Below are positions 37,288-46,956 of a stretch of 64,000 nt of DNA, one piece after another. The position numbers and the translations under genes were made by a program. The stretch's first letter is position 1. Each line of letters opens with the position of its first letter. Source of the stretch: a bacterium (GTDB taxonomy: Bacteria; JAAXHH01); NCBI GenBank assembly GCA_965202605.1, contig OZ241838.1, forward strand, positions 528,883 through 592,882. The letters are read 5' to 3'. Under the pieces are notes generated by a model, which ran no database searches, had not been told where the DNA came from, and saw only the letters and a list, made by a program, of their open reading frames with translations.

Positions 37288-38760
37288 CTAATTCCCATTC
37301 CTTTCCTGCCGCACTGTATCTCGCCTCCCCGCCCAACTCACGCACACCCCCACGATCACGTTGAGCGCCAGGCCCAGCACGCCGGCGTGCCATCCCCAGA
37401 CCTTGCCCAGGCCCGCGAGGGTCAACCCGGCCGCCAGCAACGTGCCCGCGGCCATGCCCGCGGCCGCCCCTTTCGCGTTGAATCGCGGCCAGAGCACCCC
37501 CAGCACGAACAGCGGCGCGGTCTGGATCAGCACCTCCATTTTAAGCTCTATGAGTCCCCACAGGGTAAGGTCCGGGGTCAGCGCGATGAGGACCAGGATG
37601 GCCATGATGGCCCAGGAAAGGCGCTTCCCCCACGCGGTAAGGCGCGCTTCAGGGAGCGATCCCATCCGGAAACTGCCCAGGACATCCTTGACGAGCAGGG
37701 AGGAGAGGCTGAGCAGGACGGAGTCGGCAGTCGACATGATCGCCGCGACGATGCCGGTGAGTACAAGCACGGTCATGACGTACAGCCAGAGGGATTCCGC
37801 GGCCCATGCGCCGAGCAGCCGGGGCATCACCTGGTCGGTGGCGACGCCTTCCAGGCCCGTCAGCTGGGGGATGGCCAGGATGCCTACCAGGACCACGGCC
37901 GAGATGGTGACCAGGGGCATGAAGGCCATGAGGGTGAACGACCGTTTCAGGCTATGGGCGCTCCGGGCCGCGAAGATGCGCTGGACCGCCTGGGGATAGA
38001 CGGCGGCGGCGAAGCCCACGAGCAGGATCGTGCTGATCCACGTGCGGATCGTGTCTCCTCCCGGGAGCGCGGCCTTCGCCGGTTGATGGGCGATGATCCA
38101 GGCCGTTGCCTCCCCCAGCCGGTCACTGCCCGCGACAACGGCGGCCAGCATCCCGAGCAGACCCGCGAAGAGGAGCAGGCCCTGGATGCAGTCGGTCCAG
38201 GCCACGGCCTGCATGCCGCCGAGGGTCTCGTAGAACAGGATGATGACGCCCAGGACCACCACGCCCGCCCAGAATGGGAGGGCCCCGCCGGAAAGACCGG
38301 AAACGATGTGCCCCACGGCCAGGAGCTGCGCGAGCAGGTAGTTGGCGATGGCGACCACGAACAGTACACCGGCGAAGAGGGTCAGGCGGGTGGATCCGAA
38401 CCGGTGGGTGATCCAGTCGCCGGGCGTCACGAAGTGCCACTGGCGGGACGCGCTGTAGAGCGGCGGCGCGAACAGCAGGTAGGCCACCACGATGGACATC
38501 ATGAACCCGATGCTCATGATCCACGCGTAGCCCAGCCTGTAGGCCTCGCCGGGATAGCCGATAAGCGTGTTGCCGCTGTACTGGGTCGCGTAAAGCGTGA
38601 AGAAGAGGACCAGCGCGCCCAGGTTCTTGCCCGCCAGGTAGAAGGACGACATGGAGTTGTCCCGGCGGCGGGCCCGGGCCACGTATCCCAGGACGATCAT
38701 GAGGGCGAGGTACGCGGCCAGGAACAGGAGCGCGCCGGGGCCGTAGGGCTGGTCCGCCAT
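37288..38760 (-). CDS. sodium:solute symporter (SSF) family transporter
   Basis: 490 aa, about 13 hydrophobic helices, with SSF-like N-terminal region (YLAGKNLGALVLFFTLYATQYSG). Confidence 0.9.
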   Translation of the reverse strand: MADQPYGPGALLFLAAYLALMIVLGYVARARRRDNSMSSFYLAGKNLGALVLFFTLYATQYSGNTLIGYPGEAYRLGYAWIMSIGFMMSIVVAYLLFAPPLYSASRQWHFVTPGDWITHRFGSTRLTLFAGVLFVVAIANYLLAQLLAVGHIVSGLSGGALPFWAGVVVLGVIILFYETLGGMQAVAWTDCIQGLLLFAGLLGMLAAVVAGSDRLGEATAWIIAHQPAKAALPGGDTIRTWISTILLVGFAAAVYPQAVQRIFAARSAHSLKRSFTLMAFMPLVTISAVVLVGILAIPQLTGLEGVATDQVMPRLLGAWAAESLWLYVMTVLVLTGIVAAIMSTADSVLLSLSSLLVKDVLGSFRMGSLPEARLTAWGKRLSWAIMAILVLIALTPDLTLWGLIELKMEVLIQTAPLFVLGVLWPRFNAKGAAAGMAAGTLLAAGLTLAGLGKVWGWHAGVLGLALNVIVGVCVSWAGRRDTVRQERNGN

Positions 38761-38763
38761 GGG

Positions 38764-38982
38764 CTAGCCGTCCTCCCGCCAGAACCTGTGGATCACGAAG
38801 GCGGTGAAGCACGCGATGGCCAGGCAGACGCCCAGGCAGATCACGACCCAGTACGGCACGCCGATCCACACGGGGACAGGGTCGATTTCCGGAAGGTACC
38901 AGGGAATGGACAGGGCGAACAGGGCCAGGTAAACGGCCCAGATCCACCTGGGAAACCGGTGAACGGAAACGGAAGGGCTCAT
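38764..38982 (-). CDS. small two-helix membrane protein (DUF3311-like symporter accessory subunit)
   Basis: 72-aa ORF ending 3 nt before the symporter start. It has two hydrophobic helices. This position is typical of the small subunit found with SSF transporters. Confidence 0.6.
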   Translation of the reverse strand: MSPSVSVHRFPRWIWAVYLALFALSIPWYLPEIDPVPVWIGVPYWVVICLGVCLAIACFTAFVIHRFWREDG

Positions 38983-38998
38983 GTAAGGACCCGGTTTT

Positions 38999-39847
38999 TC
39001 ACACGCGGACGTACTTGTGCACGAGGTTCTCCACGCCCACCTCGCCCACGTAGATGTCGCCGTGGCGGTCGACCCAGACGCTGTGGGCGCCGTGGGCACG
39101 ATCGATCGGCCCGCCCCTGACGACCCACTGGGCGATGAGCCTGCCGTCCATGTTCATGATGGTGACCCCGCCGCCCTCGCCCAGGAAGACCGTATCCTCG
39201 TCATCGACGAACAGGCCGCAGGGCGCGGGCCGCCCGGGCCATTCCGCGAGGAAGCCGCCCTCCGAATCGAAGACCTGTATCCGGTTGTTCGTCTCCCGGT
39301 CGGCCACGAGCAGGCGGCCGTCGGACGCGGGGAATATGTTGTGGGGGAGGGTGAACTGGCCGGGCGCCGTACCCTTGCCTCCCCAGGTGTGGACCAGGTC
39401 TCCCGAAGGCGTCATCCGGTGCACGTAGCATTGCCCGTAACCGTCGGAGACGTAGAGATCGCCGGAAGCCCCCTTGACGACGCGCGTCGGCATGTTGAAT
39501 GGTTTGCCCGGTTCGCCTGTCCGGTTCGGCTCGCCCAGCGTCTGCAGCAGCGTGCCGTCGGTCGAAAACACCCGGACGGTATGGTCTTTGCAGTCCGGAA
39601 TGAAGATCCGGTCCTCCCCGTCGATCCAGATCTCGTGGGGCAGGGCCAGTATGTCGTGACCCCATTCGTTCAACAGGCGGCCGTCCCGGTCGTAGACCAC
39701 CACGGCGGGATGCGGCTCCCGATCGACGACGTAGACCCGGTCCCGTGAATCCACGGCCACCGCCGTGGCGATGCCCAGCGTCCGCTCGGAACCCCATCCC
39801 GGCACCTTCTCGTAACAGTAATCTCCCGATCCCCAGATCATTTGCAC
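38999..39847 (-). CDS. six-bladed NHL-repeat protein (peptidyl-alpha-hydroxyglycine lyase-like)
   Basis: Repeated D..g.iyV.D..n.Ri..f blades (YVVDRE, FIPDCK, YVSDGY, LVADRE, FLGEGG, YVGEVG). An ATG at 39841 is an alternative start. Confidence 0.8.
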   Translation of the reverse strand: MQMIWGSGDYCYEKVPGWGSERTLGIATAVAVDSRDRVYVVDREPHPAVVVYDRDGRLLNEWGHDILALPHEIWIDGEDRIFIPDCKDHTVRVFSTDGTLLQTLGEPNRTGEPGKPFNMPTRVVKGASGDLYVSDGYGQCYVHRMTPSGDLVHTWGGKGTAPGQFTLPHNIFPASDGRLLVADRETNNRIQVFDSEGGFLAEWPGRPAPCGLFVDDEDTVFLGEGGGVTIMNMDGRLIAQWVVRGGPIDRAHGAHSVWVDRHGDIYVGEVGVENLVHKYVRV

Positions 39848-40091
39848 GTCCTCTCGAGAAACGAATCAGGGTTTGGCGTTCATCCCGTCCCGATCCAGTC
39901 CAACCTGGCACTAACCGGCATGGACAAACGGGTTTCATCGCGACCGTACTTCGTGTATATTCTCACGACCGATCCGGCAGTACCTGTGTTCCTGGAATCA
40001 CCTGCCTGGTTACAGTTGCCAGTACGCGGCCGGACCCCTCACGTCAGCGTCGACTGTCCGGTTTCAACTTGCAGATGACAGGAGCCATCTC

Positions 40092-40874
40092 ATGGGCGTA
40101 CTCGACAGCTTTTCACTAACAGGCCGCATCGCCGTGGTCACGGGCGGGGCGGGTCCGCAGTTCGGCAGCAGCATCTCCGAAGCCCTGGCCGAAGCGGGGG
40201 CGACCGTGGTCGTCGCTTCCAGGGACCTTGACAACAACCGGCGGTTCGTCGCCGGACTGAACGAACAGGGTCTCGATGCCCACCCCGAAGCACTCGACAT
40301 CACGAACACCGCATCGATCGACAATCTGAAACAACGCGTCATGGACCGTTTCGGCCGCGTGGACGTCCTGGTCAACAGCGCGGTGGTCGGCCGGGGCGGC
40401 GGATTCGACGAGCAGACCCCCGACTACTGGGCTGCCAGCGCCCAGGGGAACATGGTGGGGCTCTTCGCCCTGTGCAAGGCCTTCGTGCCGGTCATGGCCG
40501 GCCAGGGAGGCGGCAGCGTCATCAATATTTCAAGTATCTACGGCGTCGTCGCCAACGATCCGGGCCTGTACGAGGAGACCGGGATGAAGCAACCCCCGGA
40601 TTACACCTTTGTCAAGGGCGGCATGATCAATTTCACCCGGTACATCGCGAACTACTACGGTAAGCAGGGCGTACGGGCCAACTGCGTCTGTCCGGGCGGC
40701 TACTACAACGAACAGCCCGGACCGTTCGTGCAACGGTACGAGCACCGCGTGCCGCTCGGACGCATGCTGGACAACGAGGACCTCAAGGGCGCGGTCGTCT
40801 TTCTGGCCTCCGATGCGTCCAGGTACGTCACCGGGGTCTCGTTGATGGTCGACGGCGGCTGGACCGCGCTCTAA
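40092..40874 (+). CDS. short-chain dehydrogenase/reductase (SDR)
   Basis: Cofactor motif VVTGGAGPQFGSS and catalytic Y-T-F-V-K (YxxxK). RBS AGGAG. Confidence 0.9.
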   Translation: MGVLDSFSLTGRIAVVTGGAGPQFGSSISEALAEAGATVVVASRDLDNNRRFVAGLNEQGLDAHPEALDITNTASIDNLKQRVMDRFGRVDVLVNSAVVGRGGGFDEQTPDYWAASAQGNMVGLFALCKAFVPVMAGQGGGSVINISSIYGVVANDPGLYEETGMKQPPDYTFVKGGMINFTRYIANYYGKQGVRANCVCPGGYYNEQPGPFVQRYEHRVPLGRMLDNEDLKGAVVFLASDASRYVTGVSLMVDGGWTAL

Positions 40875-40954
40875 TGGTTCGTCTTTCAAGCAGGAGGCAG
40901 CCGCTCGCCCGGTAACGGTTCGGCGCTCCCCGCCACGGCGCCGTTCAGGACGGC

Positions 40955-41659
40955 TCATTGCTCCGGATCGACGATCGATTTGTCCTGGGGATGATAGTCG
41001 ATCGCCCGGCGGCCGTGGTCCAGGTCGTACATCCGCCAGGTACTGTCGGACACGCCGAAGACGACCTCGAACCGGATGCCGGGGTGAATGACCGCCCGTT
41101 CGAACACCCTGACGGCGTCCCCGTGGCTCAGGTGATGGGGATGGCCGGGCAGGTCCCGCTGCTTCTGGAAGTTGCCGATGCGCACGCACACGACTTCCAT
41201 GTCGAACCGCACCGCGTACATGTAGCCCAGGCTTTCCCCGAAGACTTTGCTGATGGAATAATAGCTCTCCGGCCTCGGGGTCATGTCGATCGTGCGGAAG
41301 ACGTCCTGCGGATAAGGCGCAAGCAGTCCGGCGCGGCTCGCGAAAGCGACGCGGCGCACGCCGTTGCGGCTGGCCGCTTCGAAGAGCGTGTAGGTCCCGA
41401 TGAAGTTGGCGTGCAGGATCTCCTCCCACGACGCGCCGCCGGACGGGTTGCCGGCCAGGTGGATCACCGCGTCCATGCCTTCCGTGGCACGAAGCACCGC
41501 GTCCATGTCGGTGATGTCGCCGACGACTTCGTCTTCCAGTCCGGGAGTCGGTACCCGGTCGAAGCCGCGGAGGGGATAACGGTCCTTAAGCCCGTTTACG
41601 ATGGTCGAGCCGATGACGCCGGCGGACCCGGTGACGAGTATTCGAGGTGTTTCGTTCAT
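40955..41659 (-). CDS. NAD-dependent epimerase/dehydratase family protein (short form)
   Basis: ILVTGSAGVIGS Rossmann motif and YSISK (YxxxK). The ATG overlaps the stop of the upstream enolase-superfamily gene (ATGA). Confidence 0.85.
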   Translation of the reverse strand: MNETPRILVTGSAGVIGSTIVNGLKDRYPLRGFDRVPTPGLEDEVVGDITDMDAVLRATEGMDAVIHLAGNPSGGASWEEILHANFIGTYTLFEAASRNGVRRVAFASRAGLLAPYPQDVFRTIDMTPRPESYYSISKVFGESLGYMYAVRFDMEVVCVRIGNFQKQRDLPGHPHHLSHGDAVRVFERAVIHPGIRFEVVFGVSDSTWRMYDLDHGRRAIDYHPQDKSIVDPEQ

Positions 41660-42882
41660 TCCGACTCCTTGCGCATGAATGGTCCGTGCCGTTCGATCCA
41701 GTCGCAGGTCTCCTGCCAGGACGCGCTGCCGTCCTCTTCCCAGATCTCCAGCCGCACGCCGCGGATGTTGCCCTCCGGAAAACCCGTCAGGCGGCCGACC
41801 GGAGGATAGCCGATGGTATGGTAGACGTTGCCGCTCGGCAGGATCAACTTGCCGATATGCCTTGGGATTTCGGTCTTCGGATTCCCCGCGATGCGCACCA
41901 GTTCCGCCTCGTCCACATCGACGCCGAGTCCGGGGCCTTCCGGCACCGGCGAGCTGCCGTCCGCCACCTCGATCCGTCCGCCGGTGACGTCCTCGCCGTA
42001 CTGGTCGTCCAGGTTGACTGAATGTATCACGTTGGGGATCACCGCGCCCAGGTGGAGCGCCATGGCCTTGCTGAGCGTCCCGCCGGTCAACTGGATCACG
42101 GTGGACACATTCGCCTCGGCGCAGGCGAAGCCCCGCTTCAGGCTCATGCCGATGCCGTGCTCGCCGACCATGTAGGCGTCGGCGCATCCGAGCGTAATCT
42201 CCGGTCCGCCACCAAGCTGCGGCACATGCATGAGCAGCGGGATCGACGTCTTCTCCCGCAGGCGGCGCCACCCGTCCACGTCGCGCCAGACCAGGGGGTC
42301 TTCGATCACGCCGACGACGGGCGACTTCTCCAGGTGTTCGACGATTCTCGTCACGTCGGCCGCCGACCGGTTGTGGTTGAAATCGTAGTGCATCAGGAAT
42401 CCGGGCGGCGCGACCGCCTCCACGGCGCTGTTCTGTTCGAAGACGTCGAAGTACGCGCAGGTGTGCATCTTGAATCTCATGTACCCCTCGTCCGAAGCGC
42501 GCACTACCTCGGCGGCCAGTTCTTCGGGAGAAGAAGGGCGCGTCCAGGCTGCAACGGTTACCCGGTCGCGGACCTTCTGTCCCATGAGCCTGTAGGCCGG
42601 TATTTCGAGGTGCTTTCCCATGAGATCGTAGAACGCGCCCATGAGACCCACCGGAAGATCGGCGTTGACGTGGTCGAAGGGGCTGCTGCCCGTCAACCGG
42701 TCTACGTCCCTGATGTCTATCGTGACGTGTCCCCGGCTTTCTCCGTATCCGACCACGCCGTTGTCCGCGGTCACTTTGAAGATCGTTTGCGTGTCAATGC
42801 CCCGGAACTGGACCTTCTGGTCAACGTTTCGCTCCGCCAGCCTGGGGTTGATGTGCGTAATCGCGATATCGGTGATTTTCAT
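41656..42882 (-). CDS. enolase-superfamily enzyme (mandelate racemase/muconate lactonizing family)
   Basis: N-terminal MKITDIAITHINP...VTADNGVVGYGES capping domain plus a barrel domain. Translationally coupled to the downstream epimerase gene. Confidence 0.85.
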   Translation of the reverse strand: MKITDIAITHINPRLAERNVDQKVQFRGIDTQTIFKVTADNGVVGYGESRGHVTIDIRDVDRLTGSSPFDHVNADLPVGLMGAFYDLMGKHLEIPAYRLMGQKVRDRVTVAAWTRPSSPEELAAEVVRASDEGYMRFKMHTCAYFDVFEQNSAVEAVAPPGFLMHYDFNHNRSAADVTRIVEHLEKSPVVGVIEDPLVWRDVDGWRRLREKTSIPLLMHVPQLGGGPEITLGCADAYMVGEHGIGMSLKRGFACAEANVSTVIQLTGGTLSKAMALHLGAVIPNVIHSVNLDDQYGEDVTGGRIEVADGSSPVPEGPGLGVDVDEAELVRIAGNPKTEIPRHIGKLILPSGNVYHTIGYPPVGRLTGFPEGNIRGVRLEIWEEDGSASWQETCDWIERHGPFMRKESE

Positions 42883-42973
42883 GGGTTTCTCTTTACGGCT
42901 ACGATGGATGAAATCATGACCGCCCTTACCAGAACTGAAGGGCCTCGCGCGTCAATCGGGTCCCCGCTGGTGC

Positions 42974-43846
42974 TCAGGCGTTCGCCAGCGACCTCGGGGC
43001 CCCCTCCTGGTTGACCCCGTCCCGCACGGTGGGTGCGATGGGCCAGTTCTGTCCCCCTCGCTTCACGTACTCGTCCTCGATACCGCACAGCCAGGTGAAC
43101 ATCCGCGCGGCGGCCAGCGCCCCCTGGAACTGTTCGAATACGCCGGCCGGTGGATTGAAGTCGATCGTGTTGAAATCGATATCGTCCTGCCTCACCCAGT
43201 CCCGCACGGGCGGCGTGGTCCGCCAGTAGTTGTATTTGAGCAGGTTGCGGTACGCGCTCCCGCCCCGGGGGCCCGAGGTGGCCCGCGACCGTCGGTGCCA
43301 GATCCCGTAGACGGTAAGGAAGATCGTCCCCGCCGGGGCGGCCGTAGACACGGTACCCCGGATGGAACCCAGGTGGGCCATCATGGGCGCCTTGTTCCGC
43401 ATGAAATGGGAGCCGGGCAGCACGACGGTCGGCCCCATGTCTTCGGTGCATTCCTCGGGGTAGTAGAACACCTGGAGGTACTCCAGCGCGGGGGTATAGA
43501 TCGTGCCGCCGTCCCGGTGCCAGTTCTGCGGCTTGTCGAAGGGCAGCGGCCCCCGGTGATTGCTGATGATGAGCGGCAGGGTGAAGTCCCGTCCCAGGAG
43601 CGACCGGACGGCGCCCGCGGCTTCCGGGTTCATGAGCACGCCGTCCGCGAAGAACGACTCCCCCACGATGGGCGTGGGCTCGTAGGTGCTGTCTTCGCGT
43701 TCCAGGTAGTCGACGACCCGTTCGTTGATCTCTTTCGGTACGACTTCCGGCAGCACCAGGTAGCCGTTCCTGCAGAAATCGATCACCTCGCGGTCCGTAA
43801 GTGTCGGCGCGCAGTCCATCTTCTTGCCGTAGGGTGCCGATGCCAT
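42974..43846 (-). CDS. phytanoyl-CoA dioxygenase (PhyH) family oxygenase
   Basis: N-terminal FCRNGYLVLPEVV, HxD context NWHRDGG, and a distal His in GIWHRRS. ATG at 43846 with GGAG upstream, 2 nt after the stop of the upstream small gene. Confidence 0.8.
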   Translation of the reverse strand: MASAPYGKKMDCAPTLTDREVIDFCRNGYLVLPEVVPKEINERVVDYLEREDSTYEPTPIVGESFFADGVLMNPEAAGAVRSLLGRDFTLPLIISNHRGPLPFDKPQNWHRDGGTIYTPALEYLQVFYYPEECTEDMGPTVVLPGSHFMRNKAPMMAHLGSIRGTVSTAAPAGTIFLTVYGIWHRRSRATSGPRGGSAYRNLLKYNYWRTTPPVRDWVRQDDIDFNTIDFNPPAGVFEQFQGALAAARMFTWLCGIEDEYVKRGGQNWPIAPTVRDGVNQEGAPRSLANA

Positions 43847-43848
43847 GC

Positions 43849-44232
43849 TTATCTCCACCTCTCCAGGACGAATTCGTAACCCAGGCCGTAGTTGTCCTGT
43901 TCGTTCATGGCCAGGGACGTTTCCGGGAACTTGATGATGCGCCAACCGTCGTCCAGTGCCTCCTTGATCGACCGGTACCGGAAATCGCCGTTATCGTCGA
44001 GACCGTCAGAGTCCGCCCCGTCCTCGTAGATGCTGATGCCGACCACGGCCGAGTGGGGGTTGGTCGTAGGGGCGTGCAGGTAGAGCAGGCTCTGTTTCAG
44101 TTCTGCCGAGGCGTCCCGCGCCGTACTGACCTCTCGCGCCAGCCCCAGCGCCAGGTCGATGTCTTCGACAGTGAGTTCGTCGTCTTCGAACCGTTGCCTG
44201 ATACGTTTCAACTGTGCCGTCAGGTTTTCCAT
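43849..44232 (-). CDS. hypothetical acidic protein (127 aa)
   Basis: ORF tightly coupled to the downstream PhyH gene. No recognisable motif. Confidence 0.5.
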   Translation of the reverse strand: MENLTAQLKRIRQRFEDDELTVEDIDLALGLAREVSTARDASAELKQSLLYLHAPTTNPHSAVVGISIYEDGADSDGLDDNGDFRYRSIKEALDDGWRIIKFPETSLAMNEQDNYGLGYEFVLERWR

Positions 44233-44282
44233 CTATTCATCCTCGGGCTGGAGGGACCGGCTACAAGGCGGCCCGGACCTGT

Positions 44283-44454
44283 TGCGACCGCGGCCCGGCA
44301 TGAAACCTCAACACTGGGCCCCAGGTGCACGCGACGACCTGTGGGCACTGATCCGGGGCTGCGACCGCGGCCCGGCATGAAACCTCAACACTGGAGAAAC
44401 CGTCGCGAATCTCGACCCGGGAGAAAGCGTCGTGAATCTCGACTCGGGAGAATC
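44283..44454. repeat. intergenic repeats: a 35-nt unit x2 (44283-44317, 44360-44394) followed by a 27-nt tandem x2 (44401-44454)
   Basis: TGCGACCGCGGCCCGGCATGAAACCTCAACACTGG is duplicated exactly. CGTCGCGAATCTCGACCCGGGAGAAAG is followed by CGTCGTGAATCTCGACTCGGGAGAATC. Confidence 0.95.
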
Positions 44455-44504
44455 TTGACCAAACATAATTGGACGGCCTGCCTGTGAAAAGAAGAAATCC
44501 GCTG

Positions 44505-45440
44505 TCAGCGCCGCGCCGCGCTGATCATGAGCAGCAGCATGCACTCGGCACAGACCAGCAACGTGGCCAGCGTGAGATGCATTACCTGGGCGGGTCTCGG
44601 CAGATCTCCGTAAGCCAGTGTGATGCCAATCAGGATCTGAAGCACGATACCGGCCAGGATGAACCGGGCGACCGGCATCAGCCGGCTGTCCGCCGCATGC
44701 CGCCTCACCGACCTGAAAACCAGCGCGCCCGCCAGTAGCACCAGCCACGAAGACAACCGGTGCACGTGGTCCACTAAACCCACCTGGGACAGCCATTCCC
44801 CGCGGGGCAGGCCGCCGGCGTCCTTGATGAAGGGGTCGATCCCTTCGCGCACCTGCGTACCGAGGAGCAACTGCAGGATGGTTGCCGCAAGGAGCGCGAA
44901 TCCCAGCCGCCGCAGCGTGACGCGCGCTTCAGGAGTCAGTTCGACCCGGATCCGCTGTTCCAGGGACTGAAAGGTTACGTAAAGCAGGGCGCACAACAGG
45001 ATCACGGCCAGGGCCATATGGAGGGTGATGATCCCGGGTTGCAGGCCGGACCTGACCACCTGTCCGCCCAGCCAGCCCTGGAAGACGACCAGCGCGAAAC
45101 AAAGACCCGCGCAGTAGAAGAGCACCGGTCGGGTGTTTCGATATCGAAAGGAACGCAGGAAGGTGACGAACACGAGTATCCCGATCGCCACGCCCACGAG
45201 ACGATTGGCGTATTCGATCCACATTTTCAGCGGGTTGAATTCGGCGGGATCGTATCCCTTTTCGTGAAGGTAATCCAGGTCCAGGTCTTCGACGCTCGAC
45301 GGGGGCAGCCAGGATCCCCAGCATCTGGGCCAGTCGGGACAGCCCAGACCGGCCCCGGTGATCCGAACCAGGCTGCCTACGGAAATCAGCAGGACCGTAG
45401 CCGCGAGGGTCGCCACGGCTGTTTTCTGGAAGGCGTTCAT
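44505..45440 (-). CDS. ctaA: heme A synthase (COX15/CtaA family)
   Basis: N-terminal VRITGAGLGCPDWPRCWG motif and eight hydrophobic helices with conserved His positions. Confidence 0.85.
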   Translation of the reverse strand: MNAFQKTAVATLAATVLLISVGSLVRITGAGLGCPDWPRCWGSWLPPSSVEDLDLDYLHEKGYDPAEFNPLKMWIEYANRLVGVAIGILVFVTFLRSFRYRNTRPVLFYCAGLCFALVVFQGWLGGQVVRSGLQPGIITLHMALAVILLCALLYVTFQSLEQRIRVELTPEARVTLRRLGFALLAATILQLLLGTQVREGIDPFIKDAGGLPRGEWLSQVGLVDHVHRLSSWLVLLAGALVFRSVRRHAADSRLMPVARFILAGIVLQILIGITLAYGDLPRPAQVMHLTLATLLVCAECMLLLMISAARR

Positions 45441-45579
45441 GATAGGCCATCATAGACCTATGCGCCTTTTTCGGCAAGGGATATCGCCGGGTTGGCCCAG
45501 GGACCCGGGGAAGGTTTTGTAGTTGCCATTTCAGCTGCTTCGATGTATCTTGACCGGAGCAATACGAGACGGTTTTCAT

Positions 45580-45652
<73 letters not shown>

Positions 45653-45680
45653 TTCCCCGCTACAGACCTCTTGCTATCGC

Positions 45681-45709
45681 GGCGCCGTGCAGCATGCTGT
45701 CTCGGCGCC
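45681..45709 (+). terminator. GC-rich hairpin downstream of tRNA-Trp (GGCGCCG-N15-CGGCGCC)
   Basis: A perfect 7-bp stem read from the sequence, 29 nt after the tRNA 3' end, followed by TTG only (weak T-tract). Confidence 0.3.
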
Positions 45710-45728
45710 TTGCAGGAACGGATGGACC

Positions 45729-46094
45729 ATGTCGTTTTTTGAAGTGGAAACCTGGGTGCCGAAGCCCGACAGGAAGGTCGATCATGACGAAATGATCCGC
45801 ACCTGGTTCACCTTCGTGGAAAGCCACAGGGACGACCTTTTCCCCGAATGGCGGTCAGCCCGGTACTTCCGCGAAGTAGCGCGCAACACCGGGCAGCCCA
45901 CGGGTCGCTACGTCATGGTGTTCGAGTACGTGTCCCACGAAGGATTCCTCGCCTACAAGGAACGGCGGAAAGACTGGTCCGGCCCTTACGCGGAATACAA
46001 GAAGGTGGACCCCTACCAGTTCTTCGACCTGGACTCCGTCACCGAGACCTGCTGGATGCCGGAAGAGCAGGACCGATGGCTCGATTTCACCTGA
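45729..46094 (+). CDS. hypothetical protein (121 aa)
   Basis: ORF starting at the ATG at 45729 with coding-like composition. No motif assigned. Confidence 0.55.
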   Translation: MSFFEVETWVPKPDRKVDHDEMIRTWFTFVESHRDDLFPEWRSARYFREVARNTGQPTGRYVMVFEYVSHEGFLAYKERRKDWSGPYAEYKKVDPYQFFDLDSVTETCWMPEEQDRWLDFT

Positions 46095-46140
46095 GGAGCA
46101 GGACCGGTATTTCGATTTCATCTGAGGACCGCGACATACT

Positions 46141-46941
46141 ATGAATAACCATGCGAACAATGCGGACCACGCGGATCACGCGGACCAGTTCATTCTTACC
46201 CCCTTTTTTCTGGACCGCTATGACCCGGCGCTCCTCGATCTCGCGCGGGACGACTGGATCGTAAACAGTCCCGACTTGCACGGCGGCGACGAAATGTCCC
46301 GGACGCTGTGCGTGCATCGACCCCTGGCCGAACGGGTCGCCGAAGCCGCGGCGGCCGGACGGCGGCCGGTCAGCGTCGCGGGAGACTGCTGCGCGACGAT
46401 TCCGGTCATGGCCGGGCTGCAGCGCGCCGGCATCCACCCGGTTTTCCTGTGGCTCGACGCCCATGGCGACTTCAACACCTGGGAGACCACGCCGAGCGGA
46501 TTCCTGGGCGGCATGCCGCTGGCCATGATGGTCGGCCTGGGCGAGCAGACCATGATCGAGAACGTGGGCATGGATACGTTTCCCGACGCGGATGTCGTTC
46601 TGTCGGACGGGCGGGACCTGGACCCCGGCGAGCGAAAACTGGTCGAAGCCTCCCGGATGACGCATCTGCCCGACCCGATGGACCTGGTGGACTGCGACCT
46701 GTCCGGCCGGCCGGTCTACATCCACTTCGACACCGACCTGCTCGATCCCTCCGAAGCCCCGGCCATGGGCTACCCGGCTCCGGGCGGACCTGCCGCAGGC
46801 GACCTCGCCAGGGTCTTCCGGCACTTCGCGGAACACTGCGACATTGCCGCCCTGTCCATTTCCACGTGGCGTTCCAACATGGACGAAGACGGCCGCAGCA
46901 AGTCCGTGTGCATGGGACTCTTCGACATCCTTACCGGCTGA
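46141..46941 (+). CDS. arginase/agmatinase/formiminoglutamase family ureohydrolase
   Basis: Mn-binding motifs LDAHGDFN (DxHxD) and HFDTDLLD (DxD) in the canonical order. Confidence 0.8.
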   Translation: MNNHANNADHADHADQFILTPFFLDRYDPALLDLARDDWIVNSPDLHGGDEMSRTLCVHRPLAERVAEAAAAGRRPVSVAGDCCATIPVMAGLQRAGIHPVFLWLDAHGDFNTWETTPSGFLGGMPLAMMVGLGEQTMIENVGMDTFPDADVVLSDGRDLDPGERKLVEASRMTHLPDPMDLVDCDLSGRPVYIHFDTDLLDPSEAPAMGYPAPGGPAAGDLARVFRHFAEHCDIAALSISTWRSNMDEDGRSKSVCMGLFDILTG

Positions 46942-46956
46942 CTGGCGAGTCCTGCC

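Noticed and set aside
37159-37290. The symporter stop codon TAG and the Fic ORF are in the same frame with 43 open codons between them, raising the idea of read-through fusion or a 5'-truncated Fic gene.
   Set aside because: An open stretch of this length is not rare by chance. A GTG with an AGGGAG RBS at 37158 gives a sensible start, and there is no evidence for recoding.
45550-45578. TTGACC-N17-TTTTCA as the promoter of tRNA-Trp.
   Set aside because: The -10 element is a poor match and would place the start essentially at the mature 5' end. The evidence is too weak to report as a feature.
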